A stretch of DNA of 64,000 nt from an uncultured Bacteroidota bacterium (GCA_963782475.1 CAWAJW010000018.1:10697-74696), one strand, 5' to 3'; positions 33,159-43,836 are shown, numbered from the stretch's first letter. Notes: a model not told the origin generated them from the letters alone. Program-made: numbers and translations.

Positions 33159-33442
33159 CTATAAAAAATAAATTCCTGAAGCGCTTTAAATATTAAAAAA
33201 GATAATTTGCAAATAGATCGATCGGCTGGATAACTATTACGGCAGACCTATTTGTACCGCCGGATAAAAAAAGATATATTCCCGATGATAAATTGAAGCA
33301 GGCTCTTCATGCAAATGTCACTGATTCTAATTATATAGTAAAGAAATTTTGCAAAGAATAAAGATTAAAAGGAAGCCTAAGTATAAACAGCCGGTTCGAT
33401 TTTAAGTATTAATTGTATTTAAAAAATATTCATTAGATAGAT

Positions 33443-33976
33443 TTGGACAATTCTAAATTAATTTCACAGTTTATTGATACGGCTCAAAAAGCGGGCGCAA
33501 CAATCGAAGAAATAGTTTCTTCACCTGAAGCTATATGCGGTTCATTGCTTAAAAGTATTCCGGGTTCAAAAAATATATTAATGCCCGAACTACAATTCAT
33601 TCCTCCGCATTTATTTAAAATGTTTAAAGAGAATATTGATATTATTACAATTCGGGACGCAGAACAGCTTGCATCTGCTGAGGCAGGGATAACAGATGCA
33701 TTTGCCGGTGTTGCGCGAACCGGTTCAGTTTGTGTTTCTATTAACTCAAGCTTGAGCAGTTATATTAGTCTTTTGCCTAGAAAGCATATTGTGCTTTTAG
33801 AAACGAAGAATATTGCTGCACGCCCGAGGGATATTTTTGAAAAATATATATTAAATAAAGCTTCTAATAATACAGGCTGGATATTTATTTCCGGTCCAAG
33901 TGCAACTGCCGATATGGGAGAGCTCGTCAGAGGTGTTCATGGCCCTGATAAATTACATATTATTTTATTGGATTAA
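33443..33976 (+). CDS. LUD-domain (LutC-like) lactate utilization protein
   Basis: 177 aa with a TTG start. ITDAFAGVARTGSV and GPSATADMGELV are typical of LutC/DUF162. Lies directly upstream of the LutB-like gene. Confidence 0.65.
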   Translation: MDNSKLISQFIDTAQKAGATIEEIVSSPEAICGSLLKSIPGSKNILMPELQFIPPHLFKMFKENIDIITIRDAEQLASAEAGITDAFAGVARTGSVCVSINSSLSSYISLLPRKHIVLLETKNIAARPRDIFEKYILNKASNNTGWIFISGPSATADMGELVRGVHGPDKLHIILLD

Positions 33977-33979
33977 AGA

Positions 33980-36223
33980 ATGATCAAACCCAGAGAAGTA
34001 GCAAATAAAAGTAATCCGGAAAATCTCCGGAATGCATTAAAAATGTCCCTTGACATTGAAAGTGAAGCGGTAAAACGAAATACTCAAACTTTCAATTTTA
34101 ACCATTATTCAGCAACCGGCAAAATAGAAGATTATGAAACGCTGAAAGATGGCGCAAGAAAACTGAAGGAATATTCAATCGGGAATCTTCCTGATTTATT
34201 AAAAAAGCTTGAAAACTCTGTGTTAAAGAATGGCGGTCACTATTACCTGGCTAAAGACGCGAGAGATGCATGCGAATATATTACAAAGATTTGTATTCAG
34301 CACAAAGCAGAACTTGCTGTTAAAGGGAAATCGATTACTTCTGAAGAAATTAAGCTGAACCATGCATTAGAAATTGCAGGGATTGAAGTTGCGGAAACAG
34401 ATCTTGCCGAATTTATATTACAATATTCGGATGAGCAGCCCTCGCATATAGTTGGACCTGCAATACACCAGAGCCGTGATAGGATTTCAAAATTATTTAA
34501 AGAAAAATTTAATCCTGACTTTCCGTTAGAAACGGGAGAAGAGCTTACAAAATTTGCAAGGGCTAAACTGCGTGATAAATTTCTCTCTGCAGATATAGGA
34601 ATAACAGGTGCAAATTTTATCGCTGCAGATTCCGGATCAATAGCACTGGTTGAAAGTGAAGGGAATATCCGGTTTTGTTATACATTGCCTCCGGTACACA
34701 TTGCTCTGGCAGGTGTCGAAAAAGTTCTTCCTTCATTGAAAGATTTTAGTACTTTCTTAGAACTGCTTGCGCCAAGCGGTACAGGGCAGCCGCTGACATC
34801 GTATACAAGCGTAATAAGACCGCCGTTAGATTTGCCTTTATTATCATTTAATAAAAAGAAAAATATTAAACGTGAATTTTATCTTGTATTAATTGATAAC
34901 GGCCGGTTGCGAATGCGAAATGATCCTGTAATGAAAGAGGCTCTATATTGTATACGGTGCGGGGCCTGCTTAAATGCCTGTGCAAATTTTCAGTCTGTCG
35001 GAGGGCATGCATTCGGAGGTGAAACTTATTCCGGGGGAATCGGAGGTTCTTGGGAAGCCGGGACAGGAAAAGTGGAAAATGCCAGGTTCAGTGAATTATG
35101 TACCGGTTGTTCCCGGTGTGTACCGCAATGCCCTGTCAGGATAGATATACCCTGGCTAAACGAAGTGCTTCATAAAAGATTAAATGAAAAAGAAAAAGGA
35201 AAGTATTCCTTTATTTTTAAAGGTTTTTTGCCAAATGATAACAAGAATGAAAAAGCCAGTCTGCAGAAACTTTTCCTTGGAAACTTTTACCATTTTGCAA
35301 AATGGGGAACCAGGTTTCCTTCTTTATCGAACTCTACTCAAAATAATTCTTTTTTTAGAATATTGTTGGAAAAATATATAGGAATAAGCCGGCAGAGAAA
35401 GCTGCCTGCTTTTGCCGGTAAAACTTTAGTTGTTCAATCACGAAATTTAAAATTATCTTCCGGATTAAAAGAGAAAACCGGGAAGAAAGTTTTGTTATTT
35501 GCGGATATTTATACCAATTATTTATATCCTGCCCGGGGTATTGCTGCAATCAATCTATTTAATGCATTAGGGATAAATTTAATTCTGAGTGAAGTGATGC
35601 CTGAAGGAAGAGCAGCACTTTCACAGGGATTGCTTACTGCTGCAGGAAGGCGGGCAGAGAAAACGGCAGCTTATTTATCCGGATGGATCGATAAAGGATA
35701 TGATATATTGGTTATTGAGCCAAGTGCGCTTGCTATGTTCCGCAGGGATTATAAACATTTTGTTAAAGATGAAGAACAATTCATGAGGATAAGTGATCAT
35801 TGTTATGAACCGTTTGAATATCTTCATAAATTAATTGCGGAAAATGATATTCGGCTCGATAAAATATTCGATATCAAAAAAATACAGGCTGATACGAAAT
35901 TATTTTTTCATAGTCATTGCCAGCAGAAAACAATCGGAGCAGCAGAACAAACAGTTGAAGTTTTGAAAAAAATAGGATTTGAAGTTGAAACATCCGGGGT
36001 TGAATGCTGCGGTATGGCAGGAAGTTTCGGATATAAAAAAGATTTTTATGAAGTGAGTATGAGAGACGCTGATGATCTGTTTAATCAAATTAAATCTGCC
36101 GGAGATAAGAATAATGTTTTAGTTTTAGCCAGCGGCATATCATGTAAAGATCAAATTTCAGAAGGATTAGGAATCGAAGTAATTCACCCCGTTGAACTGC
36201 TTGCCAGGATATTAGTTACCTGA
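33980..36223 (+). CDS. LutB-like iron-sulfur protein fused to a LutA-like CCG (cysteine-rich) domain protein
   Basis: LUD domain in the N-terminal half. Two 4Fe-4S motifs, CIRCGACLNACANF and CTGCSRCVPQCP. The C-terminal half has CCG-domain cysteines (HSHCQQK, GVECCGMAGSFGYKK). Confidence 0.7.
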   Translation: MIKPREVANKSNPENLRNALKMSLDIESEAVKRNTQTFNFNHYSATGKIEDYETLKDGARKLKEYSIGNLPDLLKKLENSVLKNGGHYYLAKDARDACEYITKICIQHKAELAVKGKSITSEEIKLNHALEIAGIEVAETDLAEFILQYSDEQPSHIVGPAIHQSRDRISKLFKEKFNPDFPLETGEELTKFARAKLRDKFLSADIGITGANFIAADSGSIALVESEGNIRFCYTLPPVHIALAGVEKVLPSLKDFSTFLELLAPSGTGQPLTSYTSVIRPPLDLPLLSFNKKKNIKREFYLVLIDNGRLRMRNDPVMKEALYCIRCGACLNACANFQSVGGHAFGGETYSGGIGGSWEAGTGKVENARFSELCTGCSRCVPQCPVRIDIPWLNEVLHKRLNEKEKGKYSFIFKGFLPNDNKNEKASLQKLFLGNFYHFAKWGTRFPSLSNSTQNNSFFRILLEKYIGISRQRKLPAFAGKTLVVQSRNLKLSSGLKEKTGKKVLLFADIYTNYLYPARGIAAINLFNALGINLILSEVMPEGRAALSQGLLTAAGRRAEKTAAYLSGWIDKGYDILVIEPSALAMFRRDYKHFVKDEEQFMRISDHCYEPFEYLHKLIAENDIRLDKIFDIKKIQADTKLFFHSHCQQKTIGAAEQTVEVLKKIGFEVETSGVECCGMAGSFGYKKDFYEVSMRDADDLFNQIKSAGDKNNVLVLASGISCKDQISEGLGIEVIHPVELLARILVT

Positions 36224-36406
36224 TTTTGCAGAGCCATCAAACTCTTTTTTTATATTTCATCCAGCGGGAAATATTTCTTTTAAAACTAAATCAATTTCAA
36301 TATCTCCATTTACTTCATTAAAAAAGTGATAAAGATGAAATCAAAAACTTCAGATAAAAATTTTACTTTGTTGTGATCTTTTCGTGACCTTCCAATTTTA
36401 ATTTAT

Positions 36407-36443
36407 CCTCCTAAACAATTCCAATTATAAATTTCTTAGGAGG
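36407..36443 (+). promoter_or_regulatory. hairpin pairing an anti-SD with the Shine-Dalgarno of the 36448 gene
   Basis: cctcctaa (36407-36414) is the exact reverse complement of ttaggagg (36436-36443). The second arm contains the AGGAGG located 5 nt before the ATG at 36448. Confidence 0.4.
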
Positions 36444-36447
36444 TCCT

Positions 36448-37626
36448 ATGAAGAACTTAAAATATTACGGTGCAATTCTTTTTTTTCTTGTTATTATATT
36501 TACCGGCTGCGAAAAAGATGAAATAGGCTCAATAAACGGCCCGGTAAATGGGACCGATCCTCAGGCCTTAGCTAAACATGACTTTAATGATTTCGGAGAT
36601 CGCAATATACATGCTGTTTACACCCTTACAAATTCTACTGCAGGAAATGAAGTTGTAATGTTCAAAATGTCAGGCCATGGTACACTTTTAATGGCAGGCT
36701 CCTTTTCGACAGGGGGGACAGGTTCCGGGGCAGGTCTTGGTTCTCAAGGTTCATTAGTTTTGACCGGGGGTTTGTTATTTGCTGTGAATGCAGGGAGTAA
36801 TGACGTTTCCGTTTTATCAGTTAGGGAAAACGGCCTAACTTTATTGGATAAAAAACCCTCCGGCGGAACAGCACCGATCAGCTTAACGGTTTACGACAGA
36901 TTATTATATGTATTGAATTCAGGCACGCCGGAAAACATAACCGGATTTAGGATTAATAATAACGGTACAATTTCACAAATCAGCGGTTCGTCGCAGCCAT
37001 TAAGCGGAGCAGGTGTTGGACCGGCGCAAATTGAATTCAGTCCAAACGGAAGAATATTAATAGTAACAGAAAAAGCTTCAAGTATGATTGATACATATAT
37101 AGTTGGATATAACGGAATAGCCGGCGCACCTGTCATTCAGCCTTCTACTGGCACCACACCTTACGGGTTTGCATTTGACAGGCGGGGACATCTGATTGTT
37201 TCTGATGCTTTCGGTGGCGGCTCTCTCGCCGGAGCCGTGTCTTCCTACTATGTAAGTTCAGGCGGGATAAGCTTAATTACCGGACCGGTATATGATGAAC
37301 AAACAGCTCCCTGCTGGGTTGCTTTAACGGGGAATGGAAGGTTTGCCTATACAACAAACACCGGTACAAGCAATATTTCGGGCTATAGAATTAGACCTAA
37401 TGGAGGGCTTATACTGTTTAAAGACGGCGGCAATACTGCTTCAACCGGGGCAGGTTCACATCCCATTGATTTGGCTGTAAATAATGATTCTCAATATTTA
37501 TATGCCTTGAGTCAGGGAACAAATACTATTAGTGTATTTAGAATAAATGAAGGGCACGGCGGATTACGTTTGGTTCAAACTGTAGGCGGACTTTCAGCCA
37601 GCATGGCCGGGTTAGCTGCAAATTAA
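36448..37626 (+). CDS. lipoprotein, beta-propeller (lactonase/YncE-like fold) family
   Basis: Lipobox FLVIIFTGC. Repeated ~45-aa units with G-rich turns (e.g. LYVLNSG, AYTTNTGTSNISGY, LYALSQGTNTISVF) are typical of 7-bladed lactonase-type propellers. Confidence 0.6.
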   Translation: MKNLKYYGAILFFLVIIFTGCEKDEIGSINGPVNGTDPQALAKHDFNDFGDRNIHAVYTLTNSTAGNEVVMFKMSGHGTLLMAGSFSTGGTGSGAGLGSQGSLVLTGGLLFAVNAGSNDVSVLSVRENGLTLLDKKPSGGTAPISLTVYDRLLYVLNSGTPENITGFRINNNGTISQISGSSQPLSGAGVGPAQIEFSPNGRILIVTEKASSMIDTYIVGYNGIAGAPVIQPSTGTTPYGFAFDRRGHLIVSDAFGGGSLAGAVSSYYVSSGGISLITGPVYDEQTAPCWVALTGNGRFAYTTNTGTSNISGYRIRPNGGLILFKDGGNTASTGAGSHPIDLAVNNDSQYLYALSQGTNTISVFRINEGHGGLRLVQTVGGLSASMAGLAAN

Positions 37627-37896
37627 ATTGAACTTAATAAATATTTTAATAAGTTATGTTACGAATCGGTCTTAATTCTAATCATACTCTTACTCATATT
37701 CGTGATAATAATCGAGTAAGATTAAGAATTTTCTGCATAACATGAGTTAATAACTATCCTGAAAGTAACCAGAATGAAAAACTTTTGGGATAGTTATTTA
37801 AATCATTAAACATATCTTCATATTCCAACTTTCTTTCTGTTAAATATTTAAATTTATTCACTATTTACAATTATTTATAAACATCTGAGACGGTAA

Positions 37897-38046
37897 TATT
37901 TATGTGCCCTTGAAAAATGGGCTGCTGATGAATTAAGAAGTATTAATGCGCAGATTGAATTCCTTTTAACAGAAGCGTTAAAGAAATCAGGAAGAATCAT
38001 CATTAATAATTCTTCTTCTGAAGATGATCAAAATCCTTCCGCCTAA
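37897..38046 (+). pseudogene. 3' remnant of a ribbon-helix-helix (Arc/CopG-like) gene
   Basis: The frame is open from 37897 and has no start codon. It translates to ..[29 protein letters not shown].., the two-helix part of RHH proteins. The N-terminal beta-strand is absent. Confidence 0.35.
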
Positions 38047-38292
38047 AATAAATATTTATTCTGAGTACAGAATAAAAACTTAGATATTGTCGTACATCAT
38101 AAAAATTTGCATTCGGTTGGCGAATGTACCGATCTTTTATTTTTTAGCCTTATCGTTTGTCAGTTAAAAGCATAATTAAAGGCTATTCCTTTCAACTTTA
38201 AAAGCAGCCCCATACTAATTTCTATTTTTTGTGTCCGAAATCAGAAACTAACATAGAGTAAAAAAAGTAAAAATTAAAAAGGAGAATCGGAT

Positions 38293-38832
38293 ATGAAGCT
38301 ATTAAAAATAGAATTTTTACTTCCATTAGCTGCGGTCATTTTTCTAATGACAAATATTTCATTGCAGGCAAATGAAATTACCGGATTTAAACCGGACAGC
38401 GCTATTTCAAAAGAAGTCCGGCAAAAAATCAGGAACAATTTATTTTATTCGGTTTTTGATTGGGTTACTGTTAGTGCACATGATGGAAATGTAACGCTTC
38501 GCGGCTATGTTCACCTTCCCTGGGATAAAGCATTCTTTGAGAAAATCACAAAGGGAGTGGATGGTGTCAGATCGGTTTCGGATAAATTAAAGAAAACAAA
38601 CGGACCCGATGAACTTCGTTACAAAGCTGCAGAAGCAATATATGGAAGCCCGGATTTTGAAAAATATGCATTCATGAAAGACCCGCCGGTCCATATTATT
38701 GTAATAAGCAACCGGATAATTCTTGAAGGCACCGTAGCATCTAAAGTGGAAAAAAGCTGGGCCGATTTACTCATACAATGGCGTACCAGTGCTTTTAAAG
38801 TTAAAAATGATTTATCAGTTGAAAAAAGTTAA
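38293..38832 (+). CDS. periplasmic BON-domain protein
   Basis: Signal peptide present. VTVSAHDGNVTLRGYV...GVDGVRSVSDKL and a second IILEGTVAS unit match the BON domain pattern. Confidence 0.7.
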   Translation: MKLLKIEFLLPLAAVIFLMTNISLQANEITGFKPDSAISKEVRQKIRNNLFYSVFDWVTVSAHDGNVTLRGYVHLPWDKAFFEKITKGVDGVRSVSDKLKKTNGPDELRYKAAEAIYGSPDFEKYAFMKDPPVHIIVISNRIILEGTVASKVEKSWADLLIQWRTSAFKVKNDLSVEKS

Positions 38833-39087
38833 GGGGAGCTGGATCCATGGACATTAAGTCAGAAGTATGAGCAAGTTCAAGTACAAGTTCATGTTTATGA
38901 GCAAGCCCGGTGCTCTTATCAAAAAATTAATATGCAATTTTGCAGTCACCCGGATCATACATCTGTGCAAATCATGAAATCTTCCTCTTTTCTATGTTTT
39001 ATTATTTTTTCTATCTTTAAATCACCGTTAAAATTTAAACCGGCTAAGAATACTATTTTAAGTTAATAAGTTAATTGGAGAATTTAT

Positions 39088-39798
39088 ATGAAGAGTGTAA
39101 ATCATGAATCTGCTGTTTGTCAAACTTGCAAGAAAGAAAAAAATATTCATCAAATGCGCCCCGTAATTTCAATTCGGCCTGCAATTCTTCAGCTGATGAA
39201 TAAAGACGGTTTTGAGCCTGATCCGCATGGCTATGTATGCCTTGATGATCTAAATAAATATAGAAAGCAGTATATCCAGAATGTAATGGAAGAAGAAAAA
39301 GGAGTAATGAATACTAATGATAAAGAAGTCTTTGATAGTATTGTCGAAAGAGATTTAATTTCAAGGAATGTTGAACAGGACATAGATAAAAAATTAACTT
39401 TTGGACAAAAATTATCGGACAATATTGCGAAGTTCGGAGGAAGCTGGAGGTTTATTATATTATTTATGTCTTTTCTGATTATCTGGATGATTATTAATGT
39501 TATTTTCCTGACCGCAAGAGCTTTCGATCCATTTCCATTTATCCTTTTAAATTTGATTTTATCATGCATCGCAGCAATTCAAGCTCCAGTAATTATGATG
39601 AGCCAAAACCGGCAGGAGGAAAAAGACCGAATGCGTTCCCTTCATGATTACCAGGTAAACCTTAAAGCCGAAGTTGAAATAAGACTGCTGCACGATAAGA
39701 TTGATCATATACTTGTTCAGCATGGGCAAAGGATGCTTGAAATTCAGCAGATACAGGTGGATTTGATGGAAGAAATTTCCAGTAAGATGAAGAAATGA
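39088..39798 (+). CDS. DUF1003 membrane protein
   Basis: FGGSWRFIILF...FDPFPFILLNLILSCIAAIQAPVIMMSQNRQ..KDR is the characteristic DUF1003 core with two TM helices. Confidence 0.75.
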   Translation: MKSVNHESAVCQTCKKEKNIHQMRPVISIRPAILQLMNKDGFEPDPHGYVCLDDLNKYRKQYIQNVMEEEKGVMNTNDKEVFDSIVERDLISRNVEQDIDKKLTFGQKLSDNIAKFGGSWRFIILFMSFLIIWMIINVIFLTARAFDPFPFILLNLILSCIAAIQAPVIMMSQNRQEEKDRMRSLHDYQVNLKAEVEIRLLHDKIDHILVQHGQRMLEIQQIQVDLMEEISSKMKK

Positions 39799-40030
39799 GC
39801 TAACCAGCTATTTAAAACCGGAATTATGCTGCTGTGGAACGTTGGAGTAATAAAGGAAAACCCGAAAGATTGGGGAAAGCTTGTTAAAACATAAAATCGA
39901 AAAACAATTTTAAGGTAAATATATTTTCCAAGAGCTTGTAAATTTGAAGTTAACTCTTTAGTTTTTTATTGAATTTTCATTTATATACTTTAATGATTGA
40001 TCATTCTGAATATTTTTTGAAAGGCATATT

Positions 40031-40524
40031 TTGGAATTTAAAATTAATCCGGAAACTAGGATAGGGCATATTCATTTAACTGTATCTAGATCTCGAAAGA
40101 TCGTTAAAATTTTACAGGGATCTTCTCGGTTTTGAAATTACCCAGGGTTACGGAGATTCGGCAGTCTTTTTATCTGCCGGGGGTTATCATCATCATATAG
40201 GGTTAAATACCTGGGCAGGAGAAGGAGCTACTGCTCCGCCCGGAGGTCATACCGGGCTTTATCATTTTGCTATTCTTTATCCATCCAGAAAAGAATTAGC
40301 TAGAATTGTAAAAAGATTATTTGAACTCAATTATAAAATTGAGGGAGCATCGGATCACGGAGTTTCGGAATCTATTTATATTACCGATCCGGATGGAAAC
40401 GGGGTTGAACTTTATGCAGACAGGCAGGAAGAAAAATGGCCGGTTGATTCGGAAGGACATTTACAGATGGTCTACAAAACAGCTTGATGTTTTAAACCTT
40501 CTGTCGGAACTGGATGATGAATAA
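40031..40524 (+). pseudogene. VOC/glyoxalase-family (catechol dioxygenase-like) gene spread over three frames
   Basis: Frame pieces read IGHIHLTVS / DLERSLKFYRDLLGFEITQGYGDSAVFLSAGGYHHHIGLNTW...GASDHGVSESIYITDPDGNGVELYADR / TKQLDVLNLLSELDDE. The shifts are near 40086-40090 and 40465-40485. Confidence 0.65.
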
Positions 40525-40553
40525 TAATTTTTAATTTCTAAAGACTAATGGTA

Positions 40554-40577
40554 GTGGATGCAAGATTTTGCATCCAC
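40554..40577 (+). terminator. terminator-like hairpin after the VOC gene
   Basis: Perfect 10-bp stem, gtggatgcaa / ttgcatccac, with a 4-nt loop. No clear T-tract follows. Confidence 0.4.
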
Positions 40578-40626
40578 AGCAGCCAAGATATTGAAAATTC
40601 AGAAACAAAAAATAAATTGAGGTTTC

Positions 40627-43141
40627 ATGGGACTTAAAAACGGTTCTGTATTTTTTACAGATAAAGAGAGCCTGGAAAGTTATTCACTTACCAACCAGTT
40701 TGCCGAACATATGGAATTTATGCTGGTAAAGGATAAATTTACAGCCACAGGGGAAGATGCATATTATGCCCTTTCATTATCAATTAGGGATCGCCTTGTA
40801 AGACGCTGGCTCCGTACTCAATTAAAATATACACAGGAAGATACTAAAAGAGTTTACTATTTATCCCTGGAATTTTTAATGGGAAGGCTGCTTGGAAATG
40901 CTTTAATAAACCTTGGCTATTATGATGAATGCTATAATATTCTTAAAGATAATGGATACAGCCTGGAAGCAATTAGAGATTATGAAAATGATATGGGATT
41001 GGGTAACGGCGGTCTAGGCAGGCTAGCTGCATGCTTTTTAGATTCAATGGCGACTATGGAACTGCCGGCTTTTGGTTATGGGATTAGGTATAAATATGGA
41101 ATATTTGAGCAGGAAATTGAGAATGGCTACCAGGTAGAAAGAGCCGATAACTGGCTTATCTTTGGAAATCCATGGGAAATTTTAAGAAGAAAGCTGGAGT
41201 ACAGAGTTAAGTTTTACGGCAGAGTTGTTCAAAATCCTGAGGATAAATTGAAATTCGAATGGGTAGATACGCAGGATGTTATGGCAATCGCATATGATGT
41301 GCCTGTCCCCGGTTATAATACAAACACGGTAAATAACTTAAGGTTGTGGGAAGCAAAGGCGACAAAATCTTTCAGCTTTGAGGATTTTAACAGTGGTAAT
41401 TATCTTGCAGCAGTTGAAAGCAAGAATACATCGGAGAATATTTCCAAAGTGCTTTATCCGAACGACACAATTGATAAAGGGAAATATTTAAGGTTGAGGC
41501 AGCAGTACTTTTTTGTTTCTGCAACTTTGCAGGATATAATAAGGAAATATAAAATCAATCATAAAACTTATGATAAATTTGCTGAGAAAACCGCGATACA
41601 ATTAAATGATACTCACCCGGTAATTGCCATACCGGAATTGATGAGAATTCTTATCGATATAGAAGGCTTAAGCTGGGATGATGCCTGGAATATTGCTACT
41701 AAAACATTTTCATATACAAACCATACAGTAGTTCCCGAAGCCCTTGAAGAATGGTCGGTGACAATTATGGAGAATTTGCTGCCGCGTCATCTTATGATTA
41801 TTTATGAAATAAACAGGAGATTCCTGGAATTTGTAAGAAAAAATTATACTACGGATGATTCTATTATTTCAGAACTTTCAATAATAAGAGATCAGCCGGA
41901 TAAGAAAATTAAAATGTCGAACTTGGCTATAGTCGGAAGTCATACTGTAAATGGTGTTGCGGCTCTGCATACCGAGATTTTAAAGAAAATTATTTTTCAT
42001 CATTTTTATAAGCTATTCCCTAAAAAATTTATAAATGTAACAAACGGGATTACACCCAGGCGATGGCTTAAAACAGCAAATCCTCTTTTATCCGGTTTGA
42101 TTACAGATAAAATCGGGAATGGATGGATTACAAAGCTAACCGAATTAAAGAAGCTTGAGAAGTTAATTGATGATCCTGAATTTTGTGAAAATTGGCGCAG
42201 CAGTAAATGGCTTACCAAGAAACTATTGATCGGCTATATACAAAATGAACATAAAATTAAAATAAACCCGGAGTCAATATTTGATGTACAGATAAAAAGA
42301 TTCCATGAATATAAGCGTCAGCTATTGAATGTATTTCATATTATTACACTTTATAATAGAATCAAGGATAATCCCGGAGCTGATATTGTACCGCGGACAG
42401 TGATATTCAGCGGGAAGGCCGCACCAGCTTATTTTATGGCTAAAATTGTAATTAAGCTGATAAATTCTGTTGCAGATGTAGTTAATAACGATGAGGATGT
42501 CGGGGATGAATTGAAAGTTGTTTTCCTTAAGAATTATTCTGTAAGCCTTGCCGAGAAAATAATTCCTGCCGCTGATCTTTCAGAACAGATATCTACTGCC
42601 GGGTTTGAAGCTTCGGGTACGGGTAATATGAAGCTTGCGTTAAACGGAGCTATTACTATCGGTACAATGGATGGTGCAAATATTGAAATCCGGGAAGAAG
42701 TCGGTGAGGATAATATATTTATCTTTGGTCTTTTGGCGGAGGAAGTAGTAAAGCTGAAAAAAAACGGTTATAATCCTAAAGAGTATTACAATAATGATCC
42801 TGAGTTAAAGCGGGTTGTTGATATGATTGGCGGGAATTATTTTAATAAGAATGAACCCGGGTATCTTTCAGCCGATTATAGAAGGCTTAATGGGTTATGA
42901 TTACTATTGTCTTTTTGCCGACTATGCTTCATATATAAAAGCGCAAAAGAAGATAGATAATTTGTATAAAAACCAGGATGAATGGACAAAAAAATCAATA
43001 CTGAACTGTGCAAGAATAGGGAAGTTTTCATCCGATCGTTCTATCAAAGAATATGCGCAAAAAATCTGGAATGTTAAACCAGTTAAAGTTGAACTTGAAA
43101 GCTTAAATATTAAACATGAAGAAAATCAAATTAAAAGATGA
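40627..43141 (+). CDS. glgP: glycogen/maltodextrin phosphorylase, one frameshift as assembled
   Basis: EFLMGR, the PLP site EASGTGNMKLALNG and KRFHEYKRQ are in ORF 40627..42900. The C-terminal piece 42827..43141 continues PGIFQPIIEGL...DYYCLFADYASYI. The frames join at the cccggg run (42856-42861). Confidence 0.92.
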
Positions 43142-43824
43142 AGACTGCCTTAGTAACCGGTGCTAATAGGGGAATCGGTTTTGAAATAGCAAAAGAGCTG
43201 GCAGAAAAAGGATTCTATGTTTTTCTCTCCGCAAGAGATAATGAAAAAGGGAATAAAGCTGTAGAAGATCTCAGGAAGAAAAGTTTTTATGTTGAATTTC
43301 TTGAAATGGATGTTTCGGATAAAAAGAGCATTGAGCGTGCATATTCTGAGTTTAAATCTAAATCAAAAAGTCTTGATGTACTGGTAAACAATGCAGCCAT
43401 CCTTATTGATAACTGTGATATTATAAATCTCAGCCTGGTTACTTTCCAGCAAACAATAACTATAAATACAATAGGGCCCTTCCTGGTTATACAGGCTTTT
43501 CTACCCCATATGAAAAAGGATGCCCGGATAATTAATATATCCAGCGATTCCGGTTCTCTGCATCGGATGGGAAGCAAGACGCCGGCATATAGTATCTCAA
43601 AAACTGCTTTAAATGCGGTTACAAAGCAATTCGCTTCGGCTTTAAAAAGGAAAGGAATAGCTATTAATTCGGTACATCCCGGGTGGGTAAGAACTGATAT
43701 GGGGGGATTGCTTGCGCCGCGCACTTTAAAGAAAGGCGCAGAAACCGTTGTTTGGCTCGCATCTGAGGCTCCACTGGATTTAACAGGAAAATTTTTCTAT
43801 GATAAAAAAGAAATGGAATGGTAA
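43138..43824 (+). CDS. short-chain dehydrogenase/reductase (carbonyl-reductase-like SDR)
   Basis: TGANRGIG cofactor motif, NNAA, catalytic YSISK. The start overlaps the glgP stop (ATGA). Confidence 0.85.
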   Translation: MKTALVTGANRGIGFEIAKELAEKGFYVFLSARDNEKGNKAVEDLRKKSFYVEFLEMDVSDKKSIERAYSEFKSKSKSLDVLVNNAAILIDNCDIINLSLVTFQQTITINTIGPFLVIQAFLPHMKKDARIINISSDSGSLHRMGSKTPAYSISKTALNAVTKQFASALKRKGIAINSVHPGWVRTDMGGLLAPRTLKKGAETVVWLASEAPLDLTGKFFYDKKEMEW

Positions 43825-43836
43825 ATCCCGTGTTTT

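Noticed and set aside
33190-33362. Open frame (~53 codons, ..GWITITADLFVPPDKKRYIPDDKLKQALH..) between rhaB and the LutC-like gene.
   Set aside because: It has no ATG/GTG/TTG start in frame after the preceding stop, and I recognise no family. It may be a gene remnant, but that is unsupported.
38866-38976. 36-codon ORF (MSKFKYKFMFMSKPGALIKK...) with short direct repeats (atgagcaag x2, caagttca x2) downstream of the BON gene.
   Set aside because: It is too short, has no RBS and no recognisable peptide family. The repeats are only 8-9 nt long.
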